The position numbers and the translations under genes are program-made. The notes beneath the pieces were generated by a model. The model saw only the letters and a list, made by a program, of their open reading frames with translations, was not told where the DNA came from and did no database searches. DNA of 63,855 nucleotides, counting the filler, from Rhabdomonas costata (taxonomy: Eukaryota), in assembly GCA_019059605.1 (NCBI GenBank). It is 18 parts of 18 records of this genome, joined end to end, with 100 filler letters (N's around TTAATTAATTAA, not from the genome) between each part and the next. Parts side by side here need not be neighbours in the genome. Positions count along the whole stretch, not along the records: positions 21,682 to 25,108 come from JAHMHO010000862.1; positions 25,209 to 28,632 come from JAHMHO010000863.1; positions 28,733 to 32,157 come from JAHMHO010000864.1; positions 32,258 to 35,678 come from JAHMHO010000865.1; positions 35,779 to 39,204 come from JAHMHO010000866.1; 13 more parts are not named here. The stretch is one strand, 5' to 3'. This document shows, in pieces, positions 22,988 through 36,048 of this stretch (position 1 is the stretch's first letter; every line of letters starts with the position of its first letter).

Positions 22988-25350
22988 CACCTTCTAACCC
23001 CATTGAGTTTGAGAAGTCGATTAGTGGGAACACGCATTTCTACACTTCCATCCCCCCCCCCTAGGGATATTTCGTCGCTTGGTCTGGGCTGCGTGGATTC
23101 CAGGCCATCCTGATAAGTGGTTGCCTCCTCAGCTTTTGTGGAAGCTGTTGGGGACTACTGTCTCCTCAGACACATTGCGGCGGTTTGAGTTCTTCAATCC
23201 GGTGTTATGTTTTGAACATTAGCATTTTTTTTTACCATTGAAGTGAGGTGGAAAGCGGATAAGGAAGCAGTTCCGAGAGGCAGAGGTGTGATTGCACCTG
23301 TGTGCACCGGAAATCTTCCAGGTAAGGGAGGGTTGCATTTGGTGCTTCCCTGCGAATTTCCCGTGCGGTATTCGCAATAACATTCGCAACGCAATACCGG
23401 TCACAAAAGGGTGCTCGCCCTTCAAGTTTTTCTTGGGGGGGGGGGGCAACAGCATCTGTCCAAACCGGGCACAAAACACACAAGCACCGTGGGGACAGAA
23501 AACGAGAGAGACCAAAAAATGAAGAACGGTTGGTCATTACAACAAGAACAGTGTACCGAGAGAATTTATGGCACAGAAAATGGGAGATCTAGAAACAACT
23601 GATTTGGAGGAATAGCATCAAGACAAGGAAAGGGAGCTGCATTGCAAAGGGTGCAAATTGGAAGGGAAAACGGATCGGTAAAAGCATTCCAGTTTCTCTT
23701 TTGGCTGTGCTGCAAGCATTTTTCCATGTGGCCACCTGCCTCTGCTCGGTCTGTTCGGGAACTTGCATGAGGTGTTAACTTGCTCTTTGGCGACCTTCAG
23801 ATTTTTGTTGTGTGCTTGCGTTTTTGGCGTGTGTTTCATCTCTTCAGCACGTCGACACAACTGAGATCTGGAAGGGACTTTGCATCCGGGATCACTCCGG
23901 TGCGAACCAACAGTTGGAGGCTCTTCTCGGCGTTGCATGCTCTGACAGACTCTTTTGGAGGGACCAGTACGATTGCTTACGCAGCTCCCAATGTGTTTTG
24001 GAAGCGAAAAACAACCAGAATCTCCGCGACGCGGCATTGTTCGTGAAGCAACGTATGCCGCTTTGCAGGATGGCTGCTTTTTCCAAAAGACCCCACAACC
24101 AAGGAGAATCCAAATTCAGAGGAATCCAAATGGTTGATGCGAATTTCAACAATGCAGAATAAGGCCCGAACGATGCGGTGAATTATGTTCGAATCTGGGT
24201 TTTTTCTTGATATGTCCATCGGACCCAATTCCACCGGACTCTACGAAATTTGACGTGGCCCATTGAATTCGATCTCGGGTTTTGCAACAGAGGTGTTAGA
24301 GGTTGAGTTGTGCATTTCACACTGTACTGTTGCTGGGGTTTTCTAGGAGTGGATTTGTAGTTAACGGGAAGTAAGCAAACATCCTTGGAGATCCCGCTTT
24401 TCTCCACTTGTCTCACATGTCTGTTTTTTAACAAGCGACAAGGGGCGGGATTCCCTTCTCTTTCTGTTTCTTTATGCTTTTGGTTGTTCCTTTTTTCTTC
24501 CTTTTTTTCGACTTTATTTTTTTTGGGAACTCACCTGTGCATTTTACTGCTTCCCTTGTGTTTCTCTTCCGTTGTGAATCTTTTCTTCCTCCGAAACTTT
24601 GAACATTTCTGTGTACGCCGCAGCATTTCATCTTTCGGTTTCCATCCAGGAGCTGAGTCCAGGAGAATGCAAACCAACACTAGCCCACCTCCTGTGGAGT
24701 GTTGCAGTTATTCGCCGGTACCGTTTTTAAGGCGACGGTCGTCTTACGCTTCGATAACAAGGTAACCCTTTCGTCGCCTTTCCTGAGCCTCTTGCTTTTA
24801 GCCATGATTTGGAGATGTTCACCACAACAGGGAATATAGTGAATATAGCTACCACGGACGCTCCATCCCCCACTTGTGTGAGATTGGAGGATATTCAGCA
24901 TGCACAGTTCAACACCTGAAAAAATTGCAAGGGAACTGGCAAATATTGAAAGAACCGAGATCACATGTGAACAATGGTGCAGGAAGGACTGGGCCGGAGC
25001 ATTAAAGGGACATAGCGGAGCTCGCGTTGCGCAAGAAGAGCGCGGGAAGGCTGCGGACGACATTGGCGGGAGAGGGCCAAAGTAAGAAACAGGTGTTACC
25101 ACCAACACNNNNNNNNNNNNNNNNNNNNNNNNNNNNNNNNNNNNNNNNNNNNTTAATTAATTAANNNNNNNNNNNNNNNNNNNNNNNNNNNNNNNNNNNN
25201 NNNNNNNNGGGGTTGGGTGGCAGTTGTTTTCGCGAGGGTTGTGGCCGCCGATTTCCAGATGACTGAGATGTCTCACCCTTCTATTCGATTTTGCCCGAGG
25301 GAAATTTCGCCTCGCTCTGTTTCACTACTATTGCGGGACTGCTTTGCCAG

Positions 25351-28300
25351 GTTCGCAAGGTTTCTGGGGAGCACCGCATTGAGTGCTGGAAGGATGCTTA
25401 CCACAAGTATGACGTCATTGTGTGCATCGACAGCATCTTCCTGCACGCGCTAAAGCATACCGAGATCGCGGTGTCTGATGTGGACCTGCTGATCTTTGAC
25501 GAGGCCCACAATGCGGTCGGCGACTCCAATTACGCTAGGTTCCTGCGTTCGACTGCTCCTTCTTTCTTTCTACTGCCTCCTTCCTTTTTTTAAACTGCTT
25601 CTTTAAGACAGACTTCAAAAAAGCCATCTTCTCAGCTGTTAGGTGATATGCTATGTCGTGTTTCCTCTGGAGGAAGAGGTGCACTCGCACGAAATATGAG
25701 AAATATGAGTGACTAAAAGGGCTGTGCGCGCGTGTCTATATGGGTGCGTCACAAGGATCATGAAGTACTTCTACTTCCAGACCGAACCCTCCCAGAGGCC
25801 CCACGTGTTGGGGATGACCGCGAGCTTCCCCGAGGGCAAGACCTATGCCGCGCTGCGGACGAAAGCCCACGAGTTGCTCGGAGTACTGCACTCCAGCATG
25901 GCCATGGTGCAGCAGTGCCGCGCGGACCTCGTGGAGCACGTGAACAAGTGAGTGCGTGCCATGCTGTTTATTGTGTGGCTGGTGTGGCCACGGTGTTTGG
26001 TTTCTTCCTTTTTTTTCTGTGATTTATGGTTGCTTGCAAAATTGAAACCGGATTGAACATTCCTTCCAACGTGTTCAGCAGTTTTTCGAATTTGTTGTTA
26101 TTGTGCCTTTGCGTTTTTTTGTGACTCTTCGCCATCCTTGCAGTTCAAAAGTGTGTCTATGTGTGAATGGCTGCTCTCCAAGAATAAAGTTGGCGGCGGA
26201 GATGCTTCTGTGGGGATTCCAAATTTTCCAGTGGAGGGAAAATGCACAAAGGGGTCAAACGTGGAGGAGTTTTTGTGGCAAAAATTTCCACACAACCCAC
26301 AGGGGTTCCGGAGATGTTGTCCCGGAAGGAAGGAAAAGCTGGCCTTTGTCCTGAAGTAGTCAGGTCCTGTGGTGCGTTCCTATGGTTCGTGATTGTTGGT
26401 GTGCCTCTTCACATGTAGCCCGCTTTCCACCGCACAGGTTTCGGCAAGAGGTGGTGACGTACTCCCTGACTAAAGACGAGGTGCAACTGCGAGAGCAAAT
26501 GCTGGACTGCTGCCAGGAGCTGCAGGAGATCCTCGCAGATCACCGCACTCACCTCCCGGACGAGGGCCTGAATTTCCACATCAACTGGGAGGACTTTGAA
26601 GAGAAGGGCGGGTACACGTCAAGTTCCACCCCCACCCCCACCATGACAAAACCTTGAAGGTGGTTTGTGTGCAGTACAGCTTTTTGTTATGATTGGTCTT
26701 TCATCGTTATAATGTGTCATATATATGGCTGTTTTTTTCCCGGACCGCCCACAAGAACACCACTGATTCGGAGATCAATCCAAAACTCTCCCTCCCGCTC
26801 ACCTTATATCATTTCCGCGGATTCGGACCTCCCGTGTGCTGTGGAGCGCTCCACAGTCGGTTCTTTGAAAACGAGATGGAGACCACCACAAATTTTGATT
26901 TTCGATGGGTTTAGTCCTCAGACCTCTAATGTGGTGAAGAGCGAGGCCAAGGCTGCTGTATGAGGAGTAGGAGCGGACGTGGAGGTCCCGTCCTGTTTCA
27001 AAGCAGGTTGGAGTTTGGGGTGGGCTGTCTCCGTTCAGGAAACCCGGGACTGTGGTTTTCAACACCTTCGTAGACCAGCAGCGGACCTACGCGCAGAATT
27101 TTGCGCGGTATGGGCTGCAGCTCGCGTTCCACCTTCTGGGGGTACGTGTGCTCCTCTGGCGGCTGCATCCTTTTCCTGCTCCCGTTCTACGTGACCGTTT
27201 TCCCCCTTTCTTATTCTCTGATTGCACCTCGGGGAGTAATGCGCCGCAGTGGTTAATTCTGGAGAGCAAACCTCCGCGGCCTGTCACTTGTAGTCGTTTC
27301 GCTGCAGTCCATTCCGTTGTCTGCCGGTTGTTGTTGTGGCCACTTTTGTGTGTGTCAGCTCAAAACCCACTTTGAAGCTCAAAATCTTTCTGTCACGCAA
27401 ACCGGCGCAGTTCGCAAATCCCGTTCAGTTTGTTTTTCGGCTTGCCTCATTTTGGGAAAGAGCAAGTCGTAGGTGAGAACTGAACAAACTATGAGTTGTT
27501 GTTTGTTGAACGTACGACCTAGACCTCACTCTCTGGTGGCTAGGCCTTCAGCAAAGCCATTGTTCTGGTGTCTGAACTCGGCGTCGTGGAAGCAGTGTCC
27601 TACCTGGATCACCACCTTTTCCGGGACTTCCTCACGGAGCTCCTGGCGGACCAAAGCCGACCCCTGCCTCTCTCCGTGGGGCATCACGAGGACTACGAGG
27701 GCACCGAGGACGGCGACGAGCTCCTGCTGCACAGTGTGAGGGCCCTGGTGCTTCGGGCCCTTGAAGGGGGCCACGGTGCTGGCGGTGGTGCCGCGGCGAC
27801 GGCAGCAACACACCTGACAGACCCCTGGCGTCATGTGCTCGGGCGCATCCTTTGCCGCAAGCTGGTGGATCCTTAAAAAGCAAAAATAAAAACTTGACAC
27901 CCTAGGTGTCTGATTCGATGTACAATTTGTTGCTTGATGTGCTGTTGCTCGGGGCTCGGGGCTGTAATAGGATTAGCTTGGATCGTCTCCTGGATGAACT
28001 TTATATAAGCAGTTTAGGGTAAGGCTTACGGTGGTTTTTAGAGAGTAGAATTGAAGGGAAAATCGCGCATATGCCATTTCGCTAAAAGGCAGCACGCAAG
28101 AAAAGGGAGTTCAGGGAGGAGCCCCCTCTCTTCCCCCGAGGTCTTGCATGGACCCTGCCCTCCCAGAAATTGACCGAGTTTTTGATGTCAGGGCCCTGCC
28201 GGGAGGGTGGCAGTGGGTTCCTCCGCGGCCCGCGGAGTCTCGGAGGCCAGCTCAACGTCTTCGTCCTCCTCGTCGTCCTCCCCGCCACCTTTGTCCCTGT

Positions 28301-28458
28301 CGCAGCAGAAAGGAGGGGCAGTGCCACCGTGCTCGGTGCATTCCGGGGTGGAGGCCAGGCTTGTGCAGGAGGAGAACTGGTACTTCGAGGATCACTTGAG
28401 CAGGCTACTGATGGAGCTGGCGCAGTGGCTACTGCCCTTCATGCTCAAGATAAACCCA
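25351..28458 (+). CDS. Dicer/RIG-I-like DExD/H helicase (Hel1 and Hel2i region); partial, 6 exons
   Basis: Exons 25351-25538, 25756-25947, 26438-26611, 27039-27141, 27544-27735 and 28192-28458 (GT-AG; the last two are less certain). Motifs DVIVC..IFLHALKH..VDLLIFDEAHNAVGDSNYARIMKYFY..RPHVLGMTAS and later LVSELG are typical of Dicer N-terminal and RLR helicases. Confidence 0.8.
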
Positions 28459-28849
28459 GTCAGGCCTCCCTCATGACGACAGTCTCTCGCACACTCCCTT
28501 CTCCTTTTTCTCAGGGTTTCAGCCATTGTTATCACATGGAAGGATCCCCCCCTGAGCAGCAATGAGGGAAAGAGCCGTTTTTCTTCAGAATTTGTGTGCT
28601 TGGAGTTGTTGCAAGTCGTCTTCTCAACACAANNNNNNNNNNNNNNNNNNNNNNNNNNNNNNNNNNNNNNNNNNNNTTAATTAATTAANNNNNNNNNNNN
28701 NNNNNNNNNNNNNNNNNNNNNNNNNNNNNNNNTTGTGCTCGATACGCCGCTAGATAGCGGGCTGACAGAATGGCTCTTAGTTTGTCTATTGTGAGGCCGC
28801 CCATCTTCCCCTTAAGTGGCCTTGGCTTTGTGTCCTCTGCCTGCTGTAG

Positions 28850-30941
28850 GGAGCTTGAGGTGAACCAGCTTCGCGGCACTATCCCCTCGTCCTTCGGGCA
28901 GCTTTCCAACTTGCAGCACCTGTATGTGTTTCACTGCTTGGCTGAGCTTGCTTTTCAGGAACAGACATTGTCTGTGGCTCCCGTGAGTCCCGTGAGTTTT
29001 CCTCGACTGTTGACGTTCCAATGGCTCGTAATTTTTGCTGTCAGATAATTTTTCCTTGGCACGACATGTAGACAATTTTTTACCCTTTCCCAGAAGATCT
29101 GGTAGGAAGGGAAAGAGGTGAGGTAAAAATGGGGAGGGGTGAGGTAGGGGCTCGGATGCAGATGGAAGAGATGATGGCAGAATTGTAAGTTCGGTGATGT
29201 CAGGGCGGAATCGAGAGTTGGGGCATGCGAGCGGCTTACCTACTTTCTGAAACTCACGTCGCTGGCTTGCTTATCTCACACTGGATGAGAATAACAACGC
29301 GAAACTAAGCGCTGTATATAGACATTTGCACAGACGTGACCAAGAATTTGCTTCGCAGAAAGCAGGGGTGGTTTATTAACATCCCCGACGATGGACATGA
29401 TCAGATGTCTGGTATACCCACACGCCTTTTCGTTTTTTTTGCAGCTCCCTGTACAACAACCCCCTTACTGGCTCGATCACTCCGGAGCTGGGCTACTGCT
29501 CCAGTCTTCAGCTTTTGTGTGCGCTTAGAATCCTCCTCTCTTTCTGTTCGTATCTATGTTGGGTGTTTGTTCCTAAAAAAAGGTGTGGGCAGAAAAGCAA
29601 AAAGCTCATATTAGCGATCGCCCCCAAAAGAGTTTTCAATGAATTCAGATAAAAAACGTGAGAAAGAAATTTGACAGGGGTGGTATATCCCATGATTTGT
29701 TGTGCTCTGACAAGACGAAGGCGATACGAAGCTGGATCCTAATGTGTCACCATGTTTCATCGTCTGCCTGCCTTGAAGCGAATGGGAGGATTTTCTCACA
29801 ACGGTTGCCTGCTGTTTTTCTCCAGAGCTCTCTTCAACAATCAGCTCTCTGGGTCGATTCCAGCAAATCTTGGGCTGTTGGTCAGCTTGAAATCGATGTA
29901 TGCCCTCGGCGTATGTGTTTAAGCATTCTGGAATCATGACAGACTTCTCTGAGTTGTGTACGGGTGCTCACCCAAAGCCATTGGTGAAGTTCACTTCGAC
30001 TGACGCGCTGCTGAGTTCTGGAGCGCCGTATCAGCATGTACTCTAGCTACTGTTAATTTCGAAGCGATGCTGCGCTCTCTTCCAGTGTGAGCTTCAGAAG
30101 AAGAGGGTCTTTGCCTATGCTTCAACCGTTCCATAACTCTGTATTGGACATGCTAATGTTGTTCGGGTTACGTGTGTTCCTGTGGTTCTTTGTCTTCATT
30201 CTGCCATCCCCTCCTCTTCCTCCTCCGAAAATCCACAGGTTTTTGTACAACAACCAGCTGTCGGGTACCCTACCTCCACATCTCGGAAACCTGTCCGCTC
30301 TTCACTGGCTGTATGCCGCGGGAAACTCTCGCCGCCCCTTTCATCTGTGGCATCCTGAATTCCCAGTCGCCCCCATCTCAGTTATCCAAATAATCGAACA
30401 GGAAGCCGGACTCCAAAAGGAAAAAGGTGGCCCTTGAGAAGGGTTCCTCCGATTATTTTGGTGCCACTGCCTTGTTGCAACGTGCTGTGCTGTGCTGTTT
30501 CTTGTTTTGGTTTAGCTCCGGGCTTTTCTCAGGGACTTGCACAACAACAAGCTCCAGGGCGCGTTACCCCCCGAGCTGTCGAAACTGCCGAATCTTCGAG
30601 CACTGTATTTGAGCGGGGGGGTTAGAGGTGGAGGAGGAATGCTACTGAATGAAGCTTGATAAGAATGGATTTTCTCGAGTGTTTTGCATCGCTTGCTCAT
30701 TAATCTATTCTTCCGGACGGGAATTATTTTGCAGCCAACAGGGAACGCCCGGTTAATTCTGGTGCATCTTCAGTTTCAGTTCAGGAGCTCATTGGAATAT
30801 TTTATTTCAGTTGACCCCCACACTGGGTTCACCTGTCCTTTGCCACTTCAGTGACCTCAGCCGCAATCAGCTCACGGGGCGTGTTCCTGATTCATGGAGT
30901 TCGCTCACGCAGCTGACTTTTTTTGACATCTCCGACAACAG
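28850..30941 (+). CDS. Plant-type (PS-LRR) leucine-rich-repeat protein; partial, one LRR per exon
   Basis: Exons 28850-28921, 29445-29516, 29826-29897, 30239-30310 and 30533-30604 are each exactly 72 nt and phase 2-2, followed by 30852-30941. Each encodes xLxxNxLxGxIPxxLGxLxxLxxL, e.g. FLYNNQLSGTLPPHLGNLSALHWL. Confidence 0.92.
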
Positions 30942-33186
30942 GTTTTTGCTCCTTGCACACCATTCCTCAGCTTACCTCGAGATGTCAGCAATCATAGTGA
31001 GTTGTTGCTGTTCTTTCAGCATGTCGGACTACTCCTTTGTGAACACCCCGGCTGCTGTGGACATGAGCTTTTGACCTTCCCCAAGACGATTCCTTGTCAC
31101 CAGTGTACCATAATTCCTTTGCAGCATGACCCTGTTGCTTTTACTTGGTGGTTTGCAGCGTTTCTGTGTTCCAGATGTGGGCTGCAACAGAAAGGACGTC
31201 AATTACCGATACTGAGGGAAATGGATTCGGACTTCACACCCCCCCTTGATTACCAAATTTCGGGGTCTTCAAGCCGTCGCCCTGGCCGACGGTAACCGGA
31301 AGATGGTCATCCGCAGTTCACTGATCATCGTTGTTCTTGTTGCTTTCGGTTGTACTCTTGTTGGGTCGCGGGGTCTCTCTCACGGGTTTATTTCCTTGCG
31401 GCTGGGAGGACGACGATTATCAGATGCGATAGGCTCTGATTGATGATTGTTGCCCAGCGCGGACAACCAGTTTCCTGGCCCAAGCTAGTGCCCGTAATCT
31501 TCTATGTCAATGGCGCTCTGACCTTGTTGTTTCCGAGATGGGCTCATAATTCACAAATTTACGCGGCGCTCCGGAAGTTGATAAGGACAGCTTTTGGGAG
31601 AAGGCAGTTGTGTAGGGCAAATGCCGGTGGAGAAGTCAGCGTGGGAGAGCCGGTTTCTCAGACGAGAGGTTTCAGAAAGAGAGTTTCAGGAGCAGAGGCG
31701 GTCAAGCTGAAGCGCGGTTTCGAGCAGAGTGCTTGCAGCAAAGGCGGCGGAAAAAAAAAGGAGAAGGCGCGGGAGGACGGAGCTGAGGAACGCTGTGCCA
31801 GAGGACGCCGTTGAGGAGGATGATGAATTCATGCCAATAAGCATTTGCAATTTTTAAGTGTCGAGTTTCTCGAGGGCAACGCGTTTTCCTATGGATTTCC
31901 GGTCAGGGATAAGTGAAGGAGAAATTCTTACCTGAAGCCAATGCAACGCAGAAGCTGGCAAACGTGTACCGCACTTTCGCCATAACCGCCCGCATGCCCG
32001 GCCAGAAGTTTTGGGGACCAAAAAATTTGGGGATGGGGGTGTTTCATCGTCATCCCTTGGCCACCTGTGCCGGCGGGACCATGGTATAAGGGGGGAACCC
32101 CTACACCCGGAACCCCTCATGGCCCCATGGCCTGGTACGTTTTTGAACCCCACACACNNNNNNNNNNNNNNNNNNNNNNNNNNNNNNNNNNNNNNNNNNN
32201 NTTAATTAATTAANNNNNNNNNNNNNNNNNNNNNNNNNNNNNNNNNNNNNNNNNNNNGTGTTGGGGTGTGTTTGGGTGGTGTGGGGCTCGAGGTGGGTGA
32301 AGCCAGACTGGTATGTGGCCTGTCATCAGCTGGCGGGGACGGAAACCTCCTGTGAATTTACCCCGGAAGCGCGAAAACCTTACGCCTGGGGGATCCAACA
32401 TGGGATTTTCTCTCCCTTTTCACACAGTCACAAACCGCCACCAAACCGCCAATCCCGTTTTGTCAGGCTCAACGGCTCTGCACTCTCGGAGTTAATGGTG
32501 GGCAAAGGCGTATACAAGGGAAGAGAGAGCGAGAAGATTGTGCCCATACGGGTTCTGAAGGTTTGCAGGGAGAGATATGTTGAGAGAGGGAGTGGTGAGG
32601 ACGGGGGGGCATTTATCGCGGATGGTGCGATCCCCCTGAAGGCGGGGGACCCGTGAACAGCAGCTCCAGCAATGAACCCGCGGCCATTATAGTAAAATGT
32701 GGGCTCCATCGTAAACTGAGCCTTTTGTCACAATAGAATGTCTGGATTGGGAAAATGGCAGCTACTAGCCCGAAAACATTTGGCGGACCTTCGGCGCGCA
32801 ACCCCTCTGTTCGCGACACATCTTTGTTTGTCAAGCTGCACTGCCGCCTGGGGGTTATGCACCTCTCCGACACCAGACACCCATCCGAGACCAGCGACAG
32901 GAATATGAGGCAAAAAGACAAATCCCTCAGTTTCCGGGTGGAGTTGATCACAATGTACAAGGCACCAAATAGCTACACCCGCCAGGGCAAAGTGGGAAAA
33001 GTCCGGACTCTTAGGAAAGAGAAGAGAGGGGGGGGGGAATAACCATCCTGGCCGAAATCCAGACTCTCATGAACGCACACACGAAATGCGACCACCCCAA
33101 CTTAGACGCTACCTGGGGAGCTTTAGGTTACAGCTCTCTTCATTGTACTTCCGCTCTCCTCACCATAGCCCAAAACAAGGGCTCAC

Positions 33187-33359
33187 CTGTACCGGCGCCT
33201 GAACTCCTGAATGTAATGCTCCGGCGTGTAGCCCTCCAGCTGGTGCCACCGTGTGTTGGCCTCAGTCCTTTCTGCACGCAGCAGCAACAGCCCCAGCAGC
33301 GCCACCATTGCCGCCAAGGGTAGCGAGGCAGGGCGGAATTGAGGTGCAACAAGTGCCAT
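33187..33359 (-). CDS. First exon of a probable second papain-family protease (signal peptide + start of I29 prodomain)
   Basis: MALVAP..MVALLGLLLLRAERTEANTRWHQLEGYTPEHYIQEFRRRY ends at AG|GTGAGC. It resembles protist cathepsin L-like prodomain starts and lies ~690 bp downstream of the first copy's stop. Confidence 0.5.
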
Positions 33360-34046
33360 TGTTTTTGTGTGCATCAAAAAAGATCTCGGCTGAAGGAACC
33401 ACACAGAGAGACAAAACTGGCAGCGCACTCCCACCCACTCCCTCGCTCGTTTCATTCCTTCAGCCCATGAGTTGGTAAAACTTCAGCAATGCCGAACGCC
33501 TAGCAAGACGCCCTCTTCTCAGCATTCTTCTCTCGGAACTTTAAGAATGCTAACTTCGAGCATCCACAGTAAAAGTGCAGAAGCGAAGAAATCCCAGGCT
33601 TGGAGCTATAAAATGTGCAAAGCGAATCTCCGGCGGATCAGCGGCGCCACTGGACTGCCATGCACACAGAAAAATGCGGATTACCGGAGCCACTGGATCG
33701 CAGCGGACGCATCAAAAGCTTCAGTTCAGGCCATATTCCGTGGGTCCTTAAAAACTCAAGGCCTGAAAAGGATGCCAACAGAAGCAATACAACTCAGTGC
33801 AGGGAAGAAAGAATACGCGACCGGCGGCAGTTGGGAGGGATGGTGCACATCGGCAGGGGACAGAGGCAAACTTTCCCGGAAGACCAGATGCCTTATTTAG
33901 CCTCACAATCCGTAGGGAACGAAAAAAGCGAATGGTGAAAAAGACCGGCTGAGACTACAGGCTCAGCAAGGAGCAAGCAGCAGAGGAACCAGCGCATGTG
34001 CAGCGTAAGGGCAATTGCCCCATCGGCTGGCAACCCTTCCCTCATC

Positions 34047-35187
34047 TTACACCAGTGGGTACGAGCTGTCCGAGAGGATCCCGCAGGTTCCGCACACCGT
34101 CAATTTCCCCGCCTCCCCAAAGCATCGCGGGGGGTGGGTGTCCACGCCGCACCGATCCTGCTCATTAGGGGTGCGGCGGAGGCGCATGTAGCCATTCTTC
34201 CCCCACCTTGTGCCCCAACTGGCAAGAACGATGTTGGTGAGATAGGCGAAGGAAGAGTGCGGGTTAGATTGACGAGGAATGATGAGACGTTGAAGCAAAA
34301 GCAAAACCTGCTGGACCGGCCTGCCATGATGGGAGGTCTTTGAGAGGGAAACGGAAACGGCAGAACCGAAAAAAGTGACCTGGACGGAGCGACAACGCAA
34401 ATCATGTATTGGGCTCTTTCCAATGTAGTGTAGTGGGAGGAGGACATCATTGAAGTTGCTTGGGGTTGCGTACAATTTCACGAGCTCAGATACAGAGTGC
34501 AGCACAGGACCTGTTGCGGACAATCCAGTAGTCGCCATGCTCGGAGTCAGAGCCATAGCCCACCAGCTGAACCTGTTCAGAATGAGAGCCCGCGGGTAAG
34601 GAGTCTAGGGCAGTCCTTAGGGTGACACGGGGCACTGCGCGTCTTGGGGCCCCTATGCCCCATTAATCCAGCACGAATGCGCACCGGAAGACTGCACATG
34701 TTGCGGCATGATGGCCCACGACCGGGGCTTCAACCAAGGAACAGTTCGACGGGGAATGCCTCCAGTGAGGCAGGGCCCATCCTGTTGAAACAACACTTTC
34801 CTCTGAGGAAGATGGCGATGCTGCAATAAGTGGGGCCTCCAGCATTTAACGGCGCTGAATCAACGCATCTAAGCACACGGCCCCGGGTGCTTCTGAATCA
34901 CCGCCCTTGCACCGCTGCCACTGAGGAAAGACCCAGGGACAGCACCCTACCACAATTATCTCTGCATACCACATGATTGATGACCGGGTTGTCCTGGTCG
35001 CACCCATCGTAGATGCCCTCCTCGTAATGGTGCCACCTCGAGGCATCGACGACTATCGAGATGGGACCCACCTCAACAAGGGCCTTCAGAAGCGGCTTCT
35101 CCTCGTTTGCGGGCAGGCGGAAAATTCCAGAGACAGTAGCCGCGACTTTGGTGGCAGTGGCATTGAAGTGGCATGCCTCGCTGCTGC
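34047..35187 (-). CDS. Papain-family (C1A, cathepsin L-like) cysteine protease, C-terminal 3 exons
   Basis: Exons 35187-34970, 34572-34511 and 34218-34047: GPISIVVDAS..YEEGIYDGC..INHV|VQLVGYG..DYWIVRNS|WGTRWGKNGYMRL..CGILSDSSYPLV*. The catalytic His and Asn are present. Confidence 0.93.
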
Positions 35188-36048
35188 CTGTAGAAACGAT
35201 ACGGCATACACAGCCACGGCATACACAATCAACAGTCAGAATTTGGGACGCAAACAGCAAAAAATCAAAATTACCAAGAAAAATACACACCATACGCGCA
35301 TCCTCTTTCAATTCGCATCACTTATTCACTAGAAGCATAAATTGTAAGCAAACGCCAAGAAACCTGCCAAAACATTGCCATTTCTTTCCGGAAAAGGGGC
35401 AAACTGCGGCACTCTTGCTATCGAGCCCAAGCCCACAAAAGAAAATAGCCACATATGAAGGCACACTCAGACAATACAGATAGAAAACGCAATTTCCTCT
35501 CTAACCTCCTCAAACCTCAGTAAGTCCAAATCGTGGGTGTTCAGAATCATTTCTCCCATCTCTCAGTTTTGAGGTGAAACGGGCAATATATTGCTGCGCT
35601 TGGGTGAACCTGCTTGGTGCAGAGACCCAGCTACTTCCTCCAACGTGTCCCCAAGACAGCCCCCCACCCCACCCCAACNNNNNNNNNNNNNNNNNNNNNN
35701 NNNNNNNNNNNNNNNNNNNNNNTTAATTAATTAANNNNNNNNNNNNNNNNNNNNNNNNNNNNNNNNNNNNNNNNNNNNTTTTTGTGTTTACATTAATTTT
35801 GTGCATTATCGTCTTTGTTTCTTTTGTGCTTAGTTCACCCCTGCTTTCCCACTTGCGCTCCTTCCTGTAAATTGTTTGCTTTTTCTGTTGCACTCTTCCC
35901 GAACTCTTGTGCCTGTGCCGCAGTGCCGTGATTAATTTCAATAGGATTATTAATCCGAAGAAACACTACGAAAACGCAAAGAAAGAAGGACTTTTTCATG
36001 AAAGGCGAATACGACACCGCTCCGCAGCCCGCAACCATCAAACAGAAC

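Noticed and set aside
23740..24000. F-box-like relic (VCLRFWRV / EIWKGLCIRD / FWRDQY)
   Set aside because: The pieces are in different frames, too short, and have no splice support.
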